NCBI GenBank assembly: GCA_965248835.1
Contig: CBDFLJ010000002.1
Location: 1,792,001-1,856,000 of the forward strand
Reading direction: 5' to 3'
Length of the DNA: 64,000 nucleotides
DNA from: Alphaproteobacteria bacterium
Lineage (GTDB): Bacteria; Pseudomonadota; Alphaproteobacteria; MPNO01
Shown here: positions 49,928-60,547 of the stretch, piece by piece
How the letters are laid out: each line of letters opens with the position of its first letter
Numbering within the stretch: the stretch's first letter is position 1
Position numbers and translations under genes: made by a program
Notes under the pieces: generated by a model
What the model was told of the DNA's origin: nothing
Databases searched by the model: none
What the model saw: the letters and a program-made list of their open reading frames with translations, nothing else

Positions 49928-52024
49928 CTATTCGACCGTATCCGGCTCGGTTTCGAAGGTGATCAGGTAGTTGTCCAGGCGATCGACGTTCACGCGGTCG
50001 CCGGGGCCGACGACGACGGTGGTCGTCGCCTCCTCGATGATCGCGGGGCCGTGGAAGCTCTGGCCGGGGCGAAGATCGGCGCCGCTGTAGATCGGCGTGT
50101 CCAGAAAGCCCGCGGCGGTTCCGGTGTGGACCGGGCGCCGACCGGACGGCTCGGGCGGGTCCTCGGTGGTCTCCAGCACCACGTCGCGCAGCGGCGGCAG
50201 AGTGCCGATGCCGACCACCCGCAGCTTGGCGACGATGATCCGTCCGCCCGGGTTGGTGTGGCCGAACTGGCGGTCGTATTCGGCCTCGAAGGCTGCGCGA
50301 ATCTCGTCCTCGCCCGCGTCGGCGGCGGCCAGCAGCACGCGCACGTCCCACTGCTGGCCCTCATAGTGCAGGTCGAGTTCGTGCTGGAACCGGGTATCGC
50401 CGGGCTCGAAGCCCTCGCGGCGCAGGGCATCGGTCGTCTGGCGCTCCAGTGACGCGAACCCGGCGGCAACCGCCGGGCCGACCGCGCCGTCGAGCCGGTG
50501 CATCAACACCTGGACGAAGTCGCGGCGCACGTCGGCGTGCTGCATCCCGATCGCGCAGAAGGCGCCCGCCTGGCGCGGCACATAGACCGCGCGCGCGCCC
50601 AGCCGGCGACCGACGCTGGTACCGTGCATCGGGCCCGCGCCGCCGCAAGCGATCAGCATGAACCGGCCGGGGTTGTAGCCGCGCTGGATCGAGATCCGCT
50701 CGACGGCATGGAGCAGGTTCTGCTCGACGATGCGGATGATCCCGACCGCCGCCTCGGCCCGGTCGATGCCGAGCGGTTCGGCGATCGTCTCCTCGATCGC
50801 CTGCTCGGCGGCGGCGAGATCGAGGTTCACCGAGCCGTCGGCATAGGGTCCGGGCCGCAGCCGACCGAGCACCAGATGGGCATCGGTCACCGTCGGCGCG
50901 GTTCCGCCCAGCCCGTAGGCGGCGGGTCCCGGCGCCGCGCCCGCGCCCTGCGGCCCTGCGAACATCATGCCGGCCTGATCGATGCCCGCGATGGTGCCGC
51001 CGCCGGCGCCGACGGTATGGATATCGACCGAGGGCGTGACCAGGTCGTAGTCGTTGACCGAGAGCGCATCGGTGATCGCCACCCTGCCCTCCGACATCAG
51101 CATCACATCGCAACTCGTCCCGCCGATCTCCATGCTGACCAGGTTGGTCTCGCCCAGGCCGCGGGCGAGATGGGCCATCGCGCCGACCCCGGCGGACGGA
51201 CCGGACAGCAGCAGGTTGACCGGCTGCTCGATGAGCTGGTCGAGCGAGGCCGCGCCGCCGTTGCTCTGCAGCATCAAGAGCCGGGTCTTGAGCCCCATCT
51301 CGGACAACCGGTCCGACAGGGCGTGCAGGTAGGAGGCCACGCGCGGCATCACGTAGGCGTTGACCACCGTGGTCGAGCTGCGCTCGTACTCGCCCATGAT
51401 GGGCACGATCTCCGAAGAGACCGAGATCCACGGGCAGACGTCCTCCTCGCGCAAGATTTCTGCGGCGGCGCGTTCGTGGACCGGATTGATGAAACTGTTG
51501 ATCAGGCAGATCGCCACCGACTCGACGCCCTCGGCGCGGAAGGCCGCCGCGGCCGCGCGCACGTCATCGACCGAAAGCGGGGCGCTCTGCGTGCCGTCGG
51601 CATCGATCCGCCCGCGCGCCGGCAGGCGCAAATACCGTGGCACCAGCACCGGCGGATAGGGGGTGCGATGATCCCACGGGTCCTTGCGCAGGCCCCGCCG
51701 CGCTTCCAGGCTGTCGCGGAACCCCGCCGTGGTCAGCAGACCGACGCGCGCGCCCTTGGCTTCGAGCAGCGTGTTGGTCGCAACCGTCGAGCCGTGCAGA
51801 AAAAACGCGCACTCGCCGAGGAACGCCGCGGTCGATAGACCCAGCGCCTGGCATGCGCGCTCGAGCGCGGCGATCACCCCGCGGCCGGGGTCCTCGGTCG
51901 AGGACGGTACCTTGAAGACCTCGGTATGGCCCTCGGCGTCAGCGACCACCAGATCGGTGAAGGTGCCGCCGACATCGACGCCGACGCGCCAGGGCGGGCT
52001 TTCCAGGCTAAGATCGGCGTTCAT
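49928..52024 (-). CDS. Hydantoinase A / oxoprolinase family
   Basis: GVDVGGTFTD, LLSGP.AG, GAGGGT, PTVTDA. Confidence 0.93.
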   Translation of the reverse strand: MNADLSLESPPWRVGVDVGGTFTDLVVADAEGHTEVFKVPSSTEDPGRGVIAALERACQALGLSTAAFLGECAFFLHGSTVATNTLLEAKGARVGLLTTAGFRDSLEARRGLRKDPWDHRTPYPPVLVPRYLRLPARGRIDADGTQSAPLSVDDVRAAAAAFRAEGVESVAICLINSFINPVHERAAAEILREEDVCPWISVSSEIVPIMGEYERSSTTVVNAYVMPRVASYLHALSDRLSEMGLKTRLLMLQSNGGAASLDQLIEQPVNLLLSGPSAGVGAMAHLARGLGETNLVSMEIGGTSCDVMLMSEGRVAITDALSVNDYDLVTPSVDIHTVGAGGGTIAGIDQAGMMFAGPQGAGAAPGPAAYGLGGTAPTVTDAHLVLGRLRPGPYADGSVNLDLAAAEQAIEETIAEPLGIDRAEAAVGIIRIVEQNLLHAVERISIQRGYNPGRFMLIACGGAGPMHGTSVGRRLGARAVYVPRQAGAFCAIGMQHADVRRDFVQVLMHRLDGAVGPAVAAGFASLERQTTDALRREGFEPGDTRFQHELDLHYEGQQWDVRVLLAAADAGEDEIRAAFEAEYDRQFGHTNPGGRIIVAKLRVVGIGTLPPLRDVVLETTEDPPEPSGRRPVHTGTAAGFLDTPIYSGADLRPGQSFHGPAIIEEATTTVVVGPGDRVNVDRLDNYLITFETEPDTVE

Positions 52025-52171
52025 GGTCTCGTCGCGCGCCGTCGGGGGGTTCCGCATGTGCGGCGAGACTAAGCGAGTGGGCCACACCACGCCAGCCGGA
52101 CCGGCCGAAATGAAGATCCATGCCAACGGAATCACTTCAACCGCCGGATCGACGGACCCGGGGGCAGACCG

Positions 52172-53224
52172 ATGAGCCAGCCGAGACTTGCCAATTTCTG
52201 GCACCCGATCGCGCCGATCGAGGAGATCACCGCCGCCCCGCGCCCCTATACGCTCCTGGGCGAGAGGATCGTCGCTTTCCGCGCGGGCGAAGGGGTGAGC
52301 GTGTTCCAGGATTTGTGCATCCATCGCGGCACCGCGCTGTCGCTCGGCAGCCTGGAAGGAGACAGGCTGGTCTGTGCCTATCACGGCTGGCAGTTCGACC
52401 GCGCAGGCAGATGCGTCCATATCCCCTCGTTGCCCGCGGGTGCGGCCATCCCGCACAAGGCGCGCCTGGTCGCCTACCATGCGGAGGAGGCCAACGGGCT
52501 GGTCTGGGTCGCGCTCGACGAGACCGTACATCCGGTCCCGGGCTGGACCGACGACGCCTGGAGCAACCCGGACTACCGCGTTTTCCTTGCCGGCGACTAT
52601 CTGTGGAACGCTTCGGCAGGGCGGGCGATCGAGAACGCGATGGACCTCGCCCACCTCAATTTCGTCCATAAGGGCCTGACCGAGCTCGGCGACGGCCCGG
52701 TGGTCAAGCCCCATGACGTGCCCGAGGTGGAGCACGGGCTCGTATACGCCTATGAGGACGGCAGGCTCCGGCGCGAATACACGCTCTACGCGCCGTTCAC
52801 CCTGCACGACAAGAAGCTGGTCATCCGCGCCGATCGCGGCGGCACGTGGTCGGAAGCCGGCGAGCCCCGCGAAGGCGATGCTTCGATCCTGTCGTTCATC
52901 GCCTCGCCGGTCGATGACACGCATTGCCGGTTCTTCGTCTTCATCGCGCGCAACCACGCCCTGGATGTCGATGACGCCGCGTTCAGCAAGGGGCTCGATG
53001 AGATCATGGAGCAGGACCGCATGATCGTCGAAAGCCAGCGGCCCGAGGCGCTGCCGGTCAGCCTGCGCGAGGAGCTGCACCTGAAGGTGCCCGACGCGGT
53101 CGCGATCGCCTACCGCCGGGTGCTCGGCCGCATCGGCGCGAGCGGTTCGTTCACCCCCCGGGCTGCAGCGGCGGGCGGCGCTGGAGCAGGCCGGCCGCCG
53201 TCTCGAAGGCGTGGGCGACCCTGA
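52172..53224 (+). CDS. Rieske oxygenase alpha subunit (VanA-like O/N-demethylase family)
   Basis: CIHRG...CAYHGW, ENAMDLAHLNFVH, QD..IVESQRP; 3' end overlaps the amidase by 74 bp. Confidence 0.9.
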   Translation: MSQPRLANFWHPIAPIEEITAAPRPYTLLGERIVAFRAGEGVSVFQDLCIHRGTALSLGSLEGDRLVCAYHGWQFDRAGRCVHIPSLPAGAAIPHKARLVAYHAEEANGLVWVALDETVHPVPGWTDDAWSNPDYRVFLAGDYLWNASAGRAIENAMDLAHLNFVHKGLTELGDGPVVKPHDVPEVEHGLVYAYEDGRLRREYTLYAPFTLHDKKLVIRADRGGTWSEAGEPREGDASILSFIASPVDDTHCRFFVFIARNHALDVDDAAFSKGLDEIMEQDRMIVESQRPEALPVSLREELHLKVPDAVAIAYRRVLGRIGASGSFTPRAAAAGGAGAGRPPSRRRGRP

Positions 53225-54554
53225 GCACCGTCGCCTCGTCCCAGTGCCGGCCGGCGATCTGGGCGCCGATCGGCATGCCGTCGGCAAAGAACCCGGCGCG
53301 CACCACATGGCAGGGATGGGCGGTGAGGTTGAACGGGATGCCGATGGTCGGCACGTCGATATAGGGAAACGGCTCGGTGTCGTCGAACGGCGGCGTGGGC
53401 GTCAGCATGCCGGTGGTCACCACCACGTCGCAGCGGGCGAGCACCGCTTCGAGCTCGGCCAGGAGCTCGGTGCGCCGGCGCTGGGCCTGGATGTAGTCGA
53501 CCGCGCGGAACAGACTCCCCAGCATAAGCCGGTTGCGCGCCAGCCTGCCGTAGGTCTCCCATTGGGTTTGCAGCCGGTCCTCGTGGATCGCGAACGCCTC
53601 GGCCGGAACCAGAACGCGGCCCGCGGCGTGCCAGTCCATCAAGGACGAGACCTCGACGGTCTCGACCTCGGCGCCGAGCCCGGCGAGCACCGAGCCCACG
53701 GCGTCGACGGCGGCCACGATCTCCGGCGGGGCGGCGAAGTCGCTGGTGTAGAACTGGCGGATCATGCCGACGCGCAGGCCAGCCACGCCGTCCTCGATCC
53801 CCGAGACATAGTCCGCCACCGGCACGCGAGCGGTCGTGGGATCGCGCGGATCGTGGCCGGCGATCGCCTGCAGCATGATCGCGCAGTCGTGGGTGGACCA
53901 GGCCATCGGCCCGACGCAGTCGAAGGAATAGGTGAGCGGCATGTCGCCATGGGCGCTGACCCGGCCGATGGTCGGCTTGAGCCCGGCAATGCCGCAGAAC
54001 GCGGCCGGCAGGCGGATCGAGCCGCCGGCATCGGTGCCCAGCGCGCCCAGGCACAGCCCGGCCGCGACCGCAGCCCCCGAGCCGCTCGACGAGCCGCCGG
54101 TCACGCGCGCCGTGTTCCACGGGTTGAGCGCCGGCGGAAACGGCGGTTCGTGCGAGGGCCGGCCGCCGAAGGTGAACTCATAGGTGTTGAGCTGGCCGAG
54201 CAGGACCGCGCCGGCCTCCTTGAGCCGGACGATCACGGTCGCATCCTCGTCCGCCTCGAAGTCGATCATCACCCTGGAGTTCGAGGTCGTCTTGTGGCCT
54301 TTCCAGTAGAAAACGTCCTTGAGCGCGATGGGGATGCCGTGCAGCGGCCCGCGGTCGAGGCCGCTTGCGATCTCCTCATCGGCGGCGCGGGCAGCCGCGC
54401 GGGCCTCGTCCGCCAGCACCACGTGGTAGGCGTTGATATCCGGATCGATCGCCGCGATGCGGGCGAGACAATGCTCGGTCAGATCGCGGGCGGACAGCGT
54501 GCCGGCGCGGATCGCCGCGGCCGCCTCGGCAATACCGGGAAGTTCCGGGCTCAT
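53151..54554 (-). CDS. Amidase signature family protein
   Basis: GPLHGIPIALKD, GGSSSGS, GTDAGGSIRLPA. Confidence 0.94.
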   Translation of the reverse strand: MSPELPGIAEAAAAIRAGTLSARDLTEHCLARIAAIDPDINAYHVVLADEARAAARAADEEIASGLDRGPLHGIPIALKDVFYWKGHKTTSNSRVMIDFEADEDATVIVRLKEAGAVLLGQLNTYEFTFGGRPSHEPPFPPALNPWNTARVTGGSSSGSGAAVAAGLCLGALGTDAGGSIRLPAAFCGIAGLKPTIGRVSAHGDMPLTYSFDCVGPMAWSTHDCAIMLQAIAGHDPRDPTTARVPVADYVSGIEDGVAGLRVGMIRQFYTSDFAAPPEIVAAVDAVGSVLAGLGAEVETVEVSSLMDWHAAGRVLVPAEAFAIHEDRLQTQWETYGRLARNRLMLGSLFRAVDYIQAQRRRTELLAELEAVLARCDVVVTTGMLTPTPPFDDTEPFPYIDVPTIGIPFNLTAHPCHVVRAGFFADGMPIGAQIAGRHWDEATVLRVAHAFETAAGLLQRRPPLQPGG

Positions 54555-54751
54555 TCCGTCTCGCCCCGCGGCGGTCCGGGAACGAAATGCGGCAGCGTGC
54601 GCACTTCCCAGGTCCGGCCGGGATGGCGCGTCCGTCGGGCGAGCTTCATCAGCGCGCCATAGGCCTTGCGCAGATCGGCCTTCTCGTCGTCCCGCACCGG
54701 GACGCCCGAGGCCTTTATCAAGGCCTGGAACAGCTCGTCTTCCGCGCTCAT
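54551..54751 (-). CDS. Small GatC/AtzG-like amidase partner
   Basis: 66 aa, GGAG RBS, ATGA-coupled directly upstream of the amidase. Confidence 0.6.
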   Translation of the reverse strand: MSAEDELFQALIKASGVPVRDDEKADLRKAYGALMKLARRTRHPGRTWEVRTLPHFVPGPPRGETE

Positions 54752-54860
54752 GGCGATCTCCCCGCAGCAGGCCTCGATTTTCGCACGGCCGGCGTGGTCT
54801 ATCCAACCCGAGCGGTTTGGCCGATGATCGGCATGCGGTGATCCGCCAGGGAGCCCAGCC

Positions 54861-55397
54861 ATGACCGAAATCCTCGCCCGTCATCCGCGCGCCGCAGCGG
54901 TCCGCGACATGGGCGTCGCCGAGATCGCCAGGCGTTACGTCGCCCACTTCAAGGACCGCAAGCCCGACTGGGCGGCGTTCGCCGATGCGCTGATCGACGG
55001 CTACCGGCGCGCCCAGCACCGGTTCATCGGCAACACCTCGGGCAAGGCCGCCGCGGATGCCGATGTGATCCCGGCCGGCAACTTTACCTTGTCGGTGATG
55101 TACGTCCCGCCGGGCGAAGGCAACGCACCCCACACCCACGAGGCCGAGGAGGTCTTCTTCGTCCTGCAGGGCCACCTGACGGTCTTCTTCGATGAGGAGG
55201 ACGGCGAACATGTCGAGGTCAATCTCGGGCCCTGGGACTGCGTCAGTTGCCCGGCGGGCGTCATCCACGGCTACCGCAACGACACCGTGGAGCCGATCTA
55301 CATGCAGGTGATGCTGGGTACCGGCAAGAAACCCGACCTGATGGGCTATGCCGACCAATCGCTCTACGACAGTCGGGATGCGCATATCCGGGATTGA
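54861..55397 (+). CDS. Cupin domain protein
   Basis: PHTHEAEEVFFVL.G, PAGVIHG. Confidence 0.9.
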   Translation: MTEILARHPRAAAVRDMGVAEIARRYVAHFKDRKPDWAAFADALIDGYRRAQHRFIGNTSGKAAADADVIPAGNFTLSVMYVPPGEGNAPHTHEAEEVFFVLQGHLTVFFDEEDGEHVEVNLGPWDCVSCPAGVIHGYRNDTVEPIYMQVMLGTGKKPDLMGYADQSLYDSRDAHIRD

Positions 55398-55473
55398 ACC
55401 GGCGGCCAACCCCGAAGGTCCTCGGGCGGGCCGCAGCTTGCCCGGCAAGCGCCCGGCGCTGTAGGTTCCGCCG

Positions 55474-55908
55474 GTGAACATTCCCGCCGCAGACCCCATT
55501 GCCTGGATCGTCGAGAGCTTTCGCGCCACCCCGATCACCACGCTGCTCGGCGCGAAGCTCCGGTCGTGGGATGAAGAGGCTGGGCTGATCGTCACCGAGT
55601 ACGACGGCAAGTCCGAATTCTGCAACCTGATCGGCACTATTCAGGGCGGCATCCTGACCGCCATGCTGGACAACGCGATGTCGTTCGCGGCCCTCGCAAA
55701 GTTGGGCGAGGACTTTCGAGTGCCCTCGCTCGAGGTCAAAACGAGCTACATCGCCGCTGCGCGGCCCGGCAGGCTGGTCGGCGAGGGCAAGGTCGTCCGC
55801 GCCGGCCGCTCGATCGTGTTCCTGGAAGGCCGGCTGTTCGACGAGGAGGGCACGCTGATCGCTACCGGCAGCGGCACTTCGATGGTCCGCAAGCACGCGC
55901 GGCCCTGA
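55474..55908 (+). CDS. PaaI family thioesterase
   Basis: N..GTIQGG...MLD hot-dog motif. Confidence 0.9.
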   Translation: MNIPAADPIAWIVESFRATPITTLLGAKLRSWDEEAGLIVTEYDGKSEFCNLIGTIQGGILTAMLDNAMSFAALAKLGEDFRVPSLEVKTSYIAAARPGRLVGEGKVVRAGRSIVFLEGRLFDEEGTLIATGSGTSMVRKHARP

Positions 55909-55998
55909 ACCGGCGGCCCGACCGGCGGGGCGGATTCAATTTCCGGTACCGATGGTTTAGTCTCGCGCCCGTTCGCAATACGGCCGGGGAGAGCCGCC

Positions 55999-56277
55999 AT
56001 GCTTTACGCGCTGCACATGATCGACAAGCCGGGCGTCCTGGAAAAGCGCATGTCCGTCCTGCCCGCCCACCAGGAGTATCTCAAGAACGCGCCTATCGAG
56101 GTCGTGATGTCCGGTCCTCTGCTCGCCCAGGACGGCGAGTCGATCGTCGGCAGTCTCTACCTCGTCGAAGTCGCGGACCGGGCCGATATCGACACTTTCC
56201 TCGACCAGGATCCGCTGGCCAACGCAGAAGTGTGGGACCGGATCGACATCAACCGCTTCCATCGCCGGGTCGGCTGA
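55999..56277 (+). CDS. YciI family protein
   Basis: H..YL, SGPLL, GSL, DP. Confidence 0.88.
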   Translation: MLYALHMIDKPGVLEKRMSVLPAHQEYLKNAPIEVVMSGPLLAQDGESIVGSLYLVEVADRADIDTFLDQDPLANAEVWDRIDINRFHRRVG

Positions 56278-56289
56278 GGGCGGCGCGGC

Positions 56290-57405
56290 TCACGCTTCCA
56301 GGAACGGATAGTCGGTGTAGCCTTCCGCCCCGCCGCCGTAGAAGGTTTTCTTCACCGGCTCGTTCAGCGCCGCGCCGACGATCAGCCGCTTGGGCAGGTC
56401 GGGGTTGGCCAGGAACAGCTTGGCATAGGCTACGAGATCCGCCTCGCCCGCGGTCAGCACCGCCTCGCCGCGGTCGCGGTCGTAGCCGGCATTGACGATC
56501 AGGACCCGGGAGAACGCCCGGCGCAGCGCTCCGAACAGCGGCGCCCGGGCTGCCATGAACGCCGCGGCGGCCGCCTCCGGGCCGGCCGCGCCCGGCGCAT
56601 CGGCCTCCACGACATGGAGATAGGCAAGGCCCAGCTCGTCGAGGGCCGTCGCCAAGGCCAGGAATGTCGCGTCCGGATCGCTGTCGGCCATGTCGTTGAA
56701 GACCTGGAAGGGCGAGATCCGATACCCCACCCTGTCCGCACCCCAGACTTCGACCACGGCCCCGGCGACCTCCAGCGGCAGCCGCAACCGGTTCTCGATC
56801 GTCCCGCCGTAGCGGTCGGTCCTGCGGTTGGTGCCGTCGCGGGTGAACTGGTCGAGCAGATAGCCGTTGCCGCCGTGCAGTTCGACCGCATCGAAGCCTG
56901 CGGCCTTGGCGCACTCGGCGCCGTGGCGGAACTGAGCGAGGATCCCGGCGATCTCCGCGGTCTCCAGCGCGCGCGGGGTCTCGAAGGGCTTCATCCCTTG
57001 ATCGGTGAAGGCATCGCCCGCCGCGGCGATCGCCGATGGCGCGACCGGCAGCGCGCCGCCCGGCTGCATCACCGAGTGCGAGATCCGCCCGACGTGCCAG
57101 AGCTGCAGCACGATCCGGCCGCCGACGCCGTGCACGGCGTCGGTCACGCGGCGCCAGCCGGCGATCTGCTCGGGCGAATGGATGCCGGGCGTCGCCGGAA
57201 AGCCCACGCCCTGCGGGCTGACCTGCGTCGCCTCGGTGACGATCAGCGCCGCGCTTGCGCGCTGCATGTAGTATTCCACCGCCAAGGCGGGCGGGACGTT
57301 GCCCGGTCCGGCGCGGTTGCGCGTCATCGGCGCCATGACGACCCGGCTGGACGCCTCCAGGGGCCCGATGCGGATCGAGCTTGCCAGCGTCGCCGGCTCG
57401 GCCAT
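56290..57405 (-). CDS. Alkene reductase (old yellow enzyme, NemA-like)
   Basis: MAPMTR, QLWHVGR, ELHGGNGYLLDQF, NPDL, GYTDYP. Confidence 0.94.
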   Translation of the reverse strand: MAEPATLASSIRIGPLEASSRVVMAPMTRNRAGPGNVPPALAVEYYMQRASAALIVTEATQVSPQGVGFPATPGIHSPEQIAGWRRVTDAVHGVGGRIVLQLWHVGRISHSVMQPGGALPVAPSAIAAAGDAFTDQGMKPFETPRALETAEIAGILAQFRHGAECAKAAGFDAVELHGGNGYLLDQFTRDGTNRRTDRYGGTIENRLRLPLEVAGAVVEVWGADRVGYRISPFQVFNDMADSDPDATFLALATALDELGLAYLHVVEADAPGAAGPEAAAAAFMAARAPLFGALRRAFSRVLIVNAGYDRDRGEAVLTAGEADLVAYAKLFLANPDLPKRLIVGAALNEPVKKTFYGGGAEGYTDYPFLEA

Positions 57406-57484
57406 GGCGGGTCTCCCGGGAGTGCGGACTGCCATCTGGTATGATGGCGGCAATCTTATCGGCAGCGGTGCGGGGAGCCAAAGG

Positions 57485-58459
57485 ATGATCGATGCGGCAT
57501 TGGTGGGGCTTGGCTGGTGGGGCCGCCAGCACCTGGACTCCGTCCAGGGCAAGAGCGATCGGCTGCGCTATGTCCGCGCCGTTACGCTGGAGCCCGAGGC
57601 GGCTTCCGGCCTGGTTGCCGGCCATGGAATCACCGTGTCGACGGATTACGACGACGCGCTCGCCGACCCGGCGGTCGCCGCCGTCGTGCTGGCGACGCCG
57701 CATTCGCTGCACGCCGATCAGGTGGCAGCCGCCGCAGCCGCCGGCAAGCACGTCTTCTGCGAGAAGCCGTTCACGCTCACCAAGGACGCGGCCGAGGCCG
57801 CGATCGCGGCCTGCACGCGCGCCGGGCTCGCGCTCGGGATCGGCCAGAACCGCCGCTTCTGGCCCTCGATGAAAGAGATCAAGGGGATCGTCGCATCAGG
57901 CGAGATCGGCACCGTGATGCATGTCGAGGCCAACTACAGCCACGACATTCTGGCCGAGGTCCCCGCGACCGGCTGGCGCGCTTCGCCCGAGGAGGCGCCG
58001 GCCGCCGGCATGACCGGCATGGGAGTCCATATCACCGACGCCTATATCGACATGATCGGGCCGATCGCCGAGGTGCACGCCTTGTGCGTCGACCGGACCC
58101 TGGGCCGCGCGGCGGGCGATACGGTCTCGGTGCTGCTGCGCTTCGCCGACGGGCCGACGGGCTATCTCGCCAGCACCTTCAAGACCGCCTTCATCTGGCA
58201 TTTCCGGGTGCTCGGCTCCGAGGGGATCGTCGAATCCCGCGGCGAGCGCGACGTCAGCGTCACGCCGCGAAAAGGCGAGCCGAGAAGCTACATGCTCGAG
58301 CCCGTCGATTCGGTCCGCGCCGAGATCGAGGCGTTCGCCGATGCCATCGAGGGCAAGGCCCCCTACCCGATCCCGGCCGATCAGATCATCCACAACGTTG
58401 CGGTGCTCGAGGCCATTTTCGAGTCCGCAGCGACGCGGCGCACGGTGACGGTGCGCTGA
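57485..58459 (+). CDS. Gfo/Idh/MocA oxidoreductase
   Basis: GLGWWG, AGKHVFCEKP, GVHITD. Confidence 0.92.
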   Translation: MIDAALVGLGWWGRQHLDSVQGKSDRLRYVRAVTLEPEAASGLVAGHGITVSTDYDDALADPAVAAVVLATPHSLHADQVAAAAAAGKHVFCEKPFTLTKDAAEAAIAACTRAGLALGIGQNRRFWPSMKEIKGIVASGEIGTVMHVEANYSHDILAEVPATGWRASPEEAPAAGMTGMGVHITDAYIDMIGPIAEVHALCVDRTLGRAAGDTVSVLLRFADGPTGYLASTFKTAFIWHFRVLGSEGIVESRGERDVSVTPRKGEPRSYMLEPVDSVRAEIEAFADAIEGKAPYPIPADQIIHNVAVLEAIFESAATRRTVTVR

Positions 58460-58465
58460 TCGAGC

Positions 58466-59254
58466 TTAGACCATCTCAAAGAACCGCTTGAGCGCGGCGT
58501 TGAATTCCTCAGGCTTTTCCATCGACGAGATATGGCCGGCCGGCGACAGCGCGACGGTCTCGGTTCCGGGGATCATAGCGGCGATGCGCCGCATGTTGTC
58601 GGCCGGCGTGCCGATGTCGTCGGCGCCGGCGATGAATAGCGTGCGGGTGGTGATCTCGCCCAGCCGCGGCTCGAAGGCGAGGGTCTGGAGCGCCCGGGCG
58701 CAGCCGACATAGCCCGTCACCGAGGTGCCGGCGACCATGGCGCGCAGCTTTTCTAGCACCGGCGAGCCGGACTCGAAGAACGGCTTTGAGCACCAGCGCT
58801 CGACCGTCACTCCGGCAAGCGCGTCCATGCCCTTGTCCTCGGCGAGCGCGACGCGGCCGTTCCAGGCGTCGGCATCGGCCGGCGGCATGTCGGCGCGCGA
58901 ATTGGCGATCACCAGGCTCAGCAGTCGGTCGGGGTGGTCGATGCCCAGCCCCATCGCCGTCATACCGCCGATCGACAGGCCGACGAAATGGCTTTTTTCG
59001 ATGCCGAGCGCGTCCCACAGCCCGATCACGTCGCCGATCAGCATGTCGAACGTGTACGGCCCGTCGGGCGCGTCGCTGCCGCCGTGGCCGCGCTTGTCGT
59101 ATCGCAGGATGTGAAAGTCCGCCTTCAGCGGCTCCACCTGGGCGTCCCACATGTGCAGGTTGGTCGCCAGCGAGTTGGAGAAGGTGAGCCAGGGCTTCCC
59201 CTCGGACCCTTCGATCTCGCAGTTCAATCCGATGCCGTTCACTGTGACTTTCAT
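58466..59254 (-). CDS. pcaD: 3-oxoadipate enol-lactonase-like hydrolase
   Basis: SNSLAT...WD.Q, YDKRGHG.S, GLSIGG. Confidence 0.8.
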   Translation of the reverse strand: MKVTVNGIGLNCEIEGSEGKPWLTFSNSLATNLHMWDAQVEPLKADFHILRYDKRGHGGSDAPDGPYTFDMLIGDVIGLWDALGIEKSHFVGLSIGGMTAMGLGIDHPDRLLSLVIANSRADMPPADADAWNGRVALAEDKGMDALAGVTVERWCSKPFFESGSPVLEKLRAMVAGTSVTGYVGCARALQTLAFEPRLGEITTRTLFIAGADDIGTPADNMRRIAAMIPGTETVALSPAGHISSMEKPEEFNAALKRFFEMV

Positions 59255-59299
59255 GATGATCCCATCCTGTTCGCTGGAGCATGTTCGGACCGTTATGGA

Positions 59300-60358
59300 T
59301 CAGTACCCGCGCGCCCAGTCTATGACGTTCTCAAGCGGCCGGCCGGCGAGATAGGATTCGAGATTGCGGCACAAGAGATCCATGGCGCCGGCTCTGGTTG
59401 CGGTGTCCGCGCCGCCGGAGACATGGGGCGTGATCAGCACGCGCGGGTCGCTCCATAGCCGGTCGTCGGGCGGGCCTTCAAACTCGCCCTCATAGACGTC
59501 GAACCCGACCCCGCGCAGCTTGCCTTCGGCAAGTGCGGCGATCAGCGCGGCCTCGTCGATGATCTCGCCGCGCGCGACGTTGACCAGCACCGTGCCGGGA
59601 CGCATCGCCGCGAACGCCGTCCGCCCGATCAGCCCTTCGGTGTCGGGCGTCCACTGGCAGCAGACCGCGACGAACTGCGCACGGCCGAGGAGGTCGTGGA
59701 GACCTTCCGGTCCGCGGATCTCATCGAACCCGGCCGGCGGAGCACTGCCCGCTTCGCGGCGCGTGCCCACCACCCGCATCCCGAGCGCGGCCGCAAGCCG
59801 CCCCACCTCGCGCCCGATGCCGCCTACACCGACGATACAAGCCGTCTTGCCGGCAAGCTGCACCGGCTGGTACGCGCTTGCCTCGAACAGCCGCGCCGAC
59901 CGGTCCCCGGCAGCGCGGTGCAGACCGCGGGCGAAGTGCAGAAAGCATGCGATGACATATTCCGCCATCGGCAGGTTGGCGGCGTATCCGCGCCCGGTCG
60001 TGACCACGACGCCGCTCCCCCAAAGATCGCCTTCCCTCTGATTGCTCGCCCCGGCGGGCTGCTGATGCACCCACTTCAGCCGCGGCGCCCGGGCGCGCAG
60101 ATCGAGCGGGAACGGGAACGTCACAACCGCGATCTCGGTCTCGGCCAGCAACGAATCCCGCTCGGCGCGCGTCCCGCTGCCCATCGAGCCGGTCGGCAGA
60201 AACCGCTCGGAGGCCGCCTTGGGCCAGGTCCGGCGGATCTCTCCGTCGAACCACCCGGCGGCCTCAACGACGCGAAGCCTCGGGTCCAACGATTCGATCC
60301 GCACCTTGTCTGCGGGCGCGACCGGCACGAGGAAAAGGATGTTGATCGGATGGTCCAT
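59300..60358 (-). CDS. D-2-hydroxyacid dehydrogenase
   Basis: GVGGIG, NVARG, DVYEGE, TPHVSG. Confidence 0.9.
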   Translation of the reverse strand: MDHPINILFLVPVAPADKVRIESLDPRLRVVEAAGWFDGEIRRTWPKAASERFLPTGSMGSGTRAERDSLLAETEIAVVTFPFPLDLRARAPRLKWVHQQPAGASNQREGDLWGSGVVVTTGRGYAANLPMAEYVIACFLHFARGLHRAAGDRSARLFEASAYQPVQLAGKTACIVGVGGIGREVGRLAAALGMRVVGTRREAGSAPPAGFDEIRGPEGLHDLLGRAQFVAVCCQWTPDTEGLIGRTAFAAMRPGTVLVNVARGEIIDEAALIAALAEGKLRGVGFDVYEGEFEGPPDDRLWSDPRVLITPHVSGGADTATRAGAMDLLCRNLESYLAGRPLENVIDWARGY

Positions 60359-60547
60359 GGCGGCGCACTGTGACAAGGCACGACGGCACCGGCAATAACG
60401 GCGCGGCGATGAACTTCGTATGGCGCTTCGGTATCGACGGCGGCGCGACCGGCAAGGTGATCTATTGACGGCGCTTTCGCGCGAACCCGATAATCGGCCG
60501 CCACGTTGGCCGCGGTGCAGGGAGCCAGAACGCGCGTGAACCAGCCA

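Noticed and set aside
52025-53308. N-terminal extension making hydantoinase A 1126 aa (similar extensions at 23740..25545, 29133..31499, 53151..55637)
   Set aside because: Extensions overlap other real genes; family homology starts at downstream ATGs
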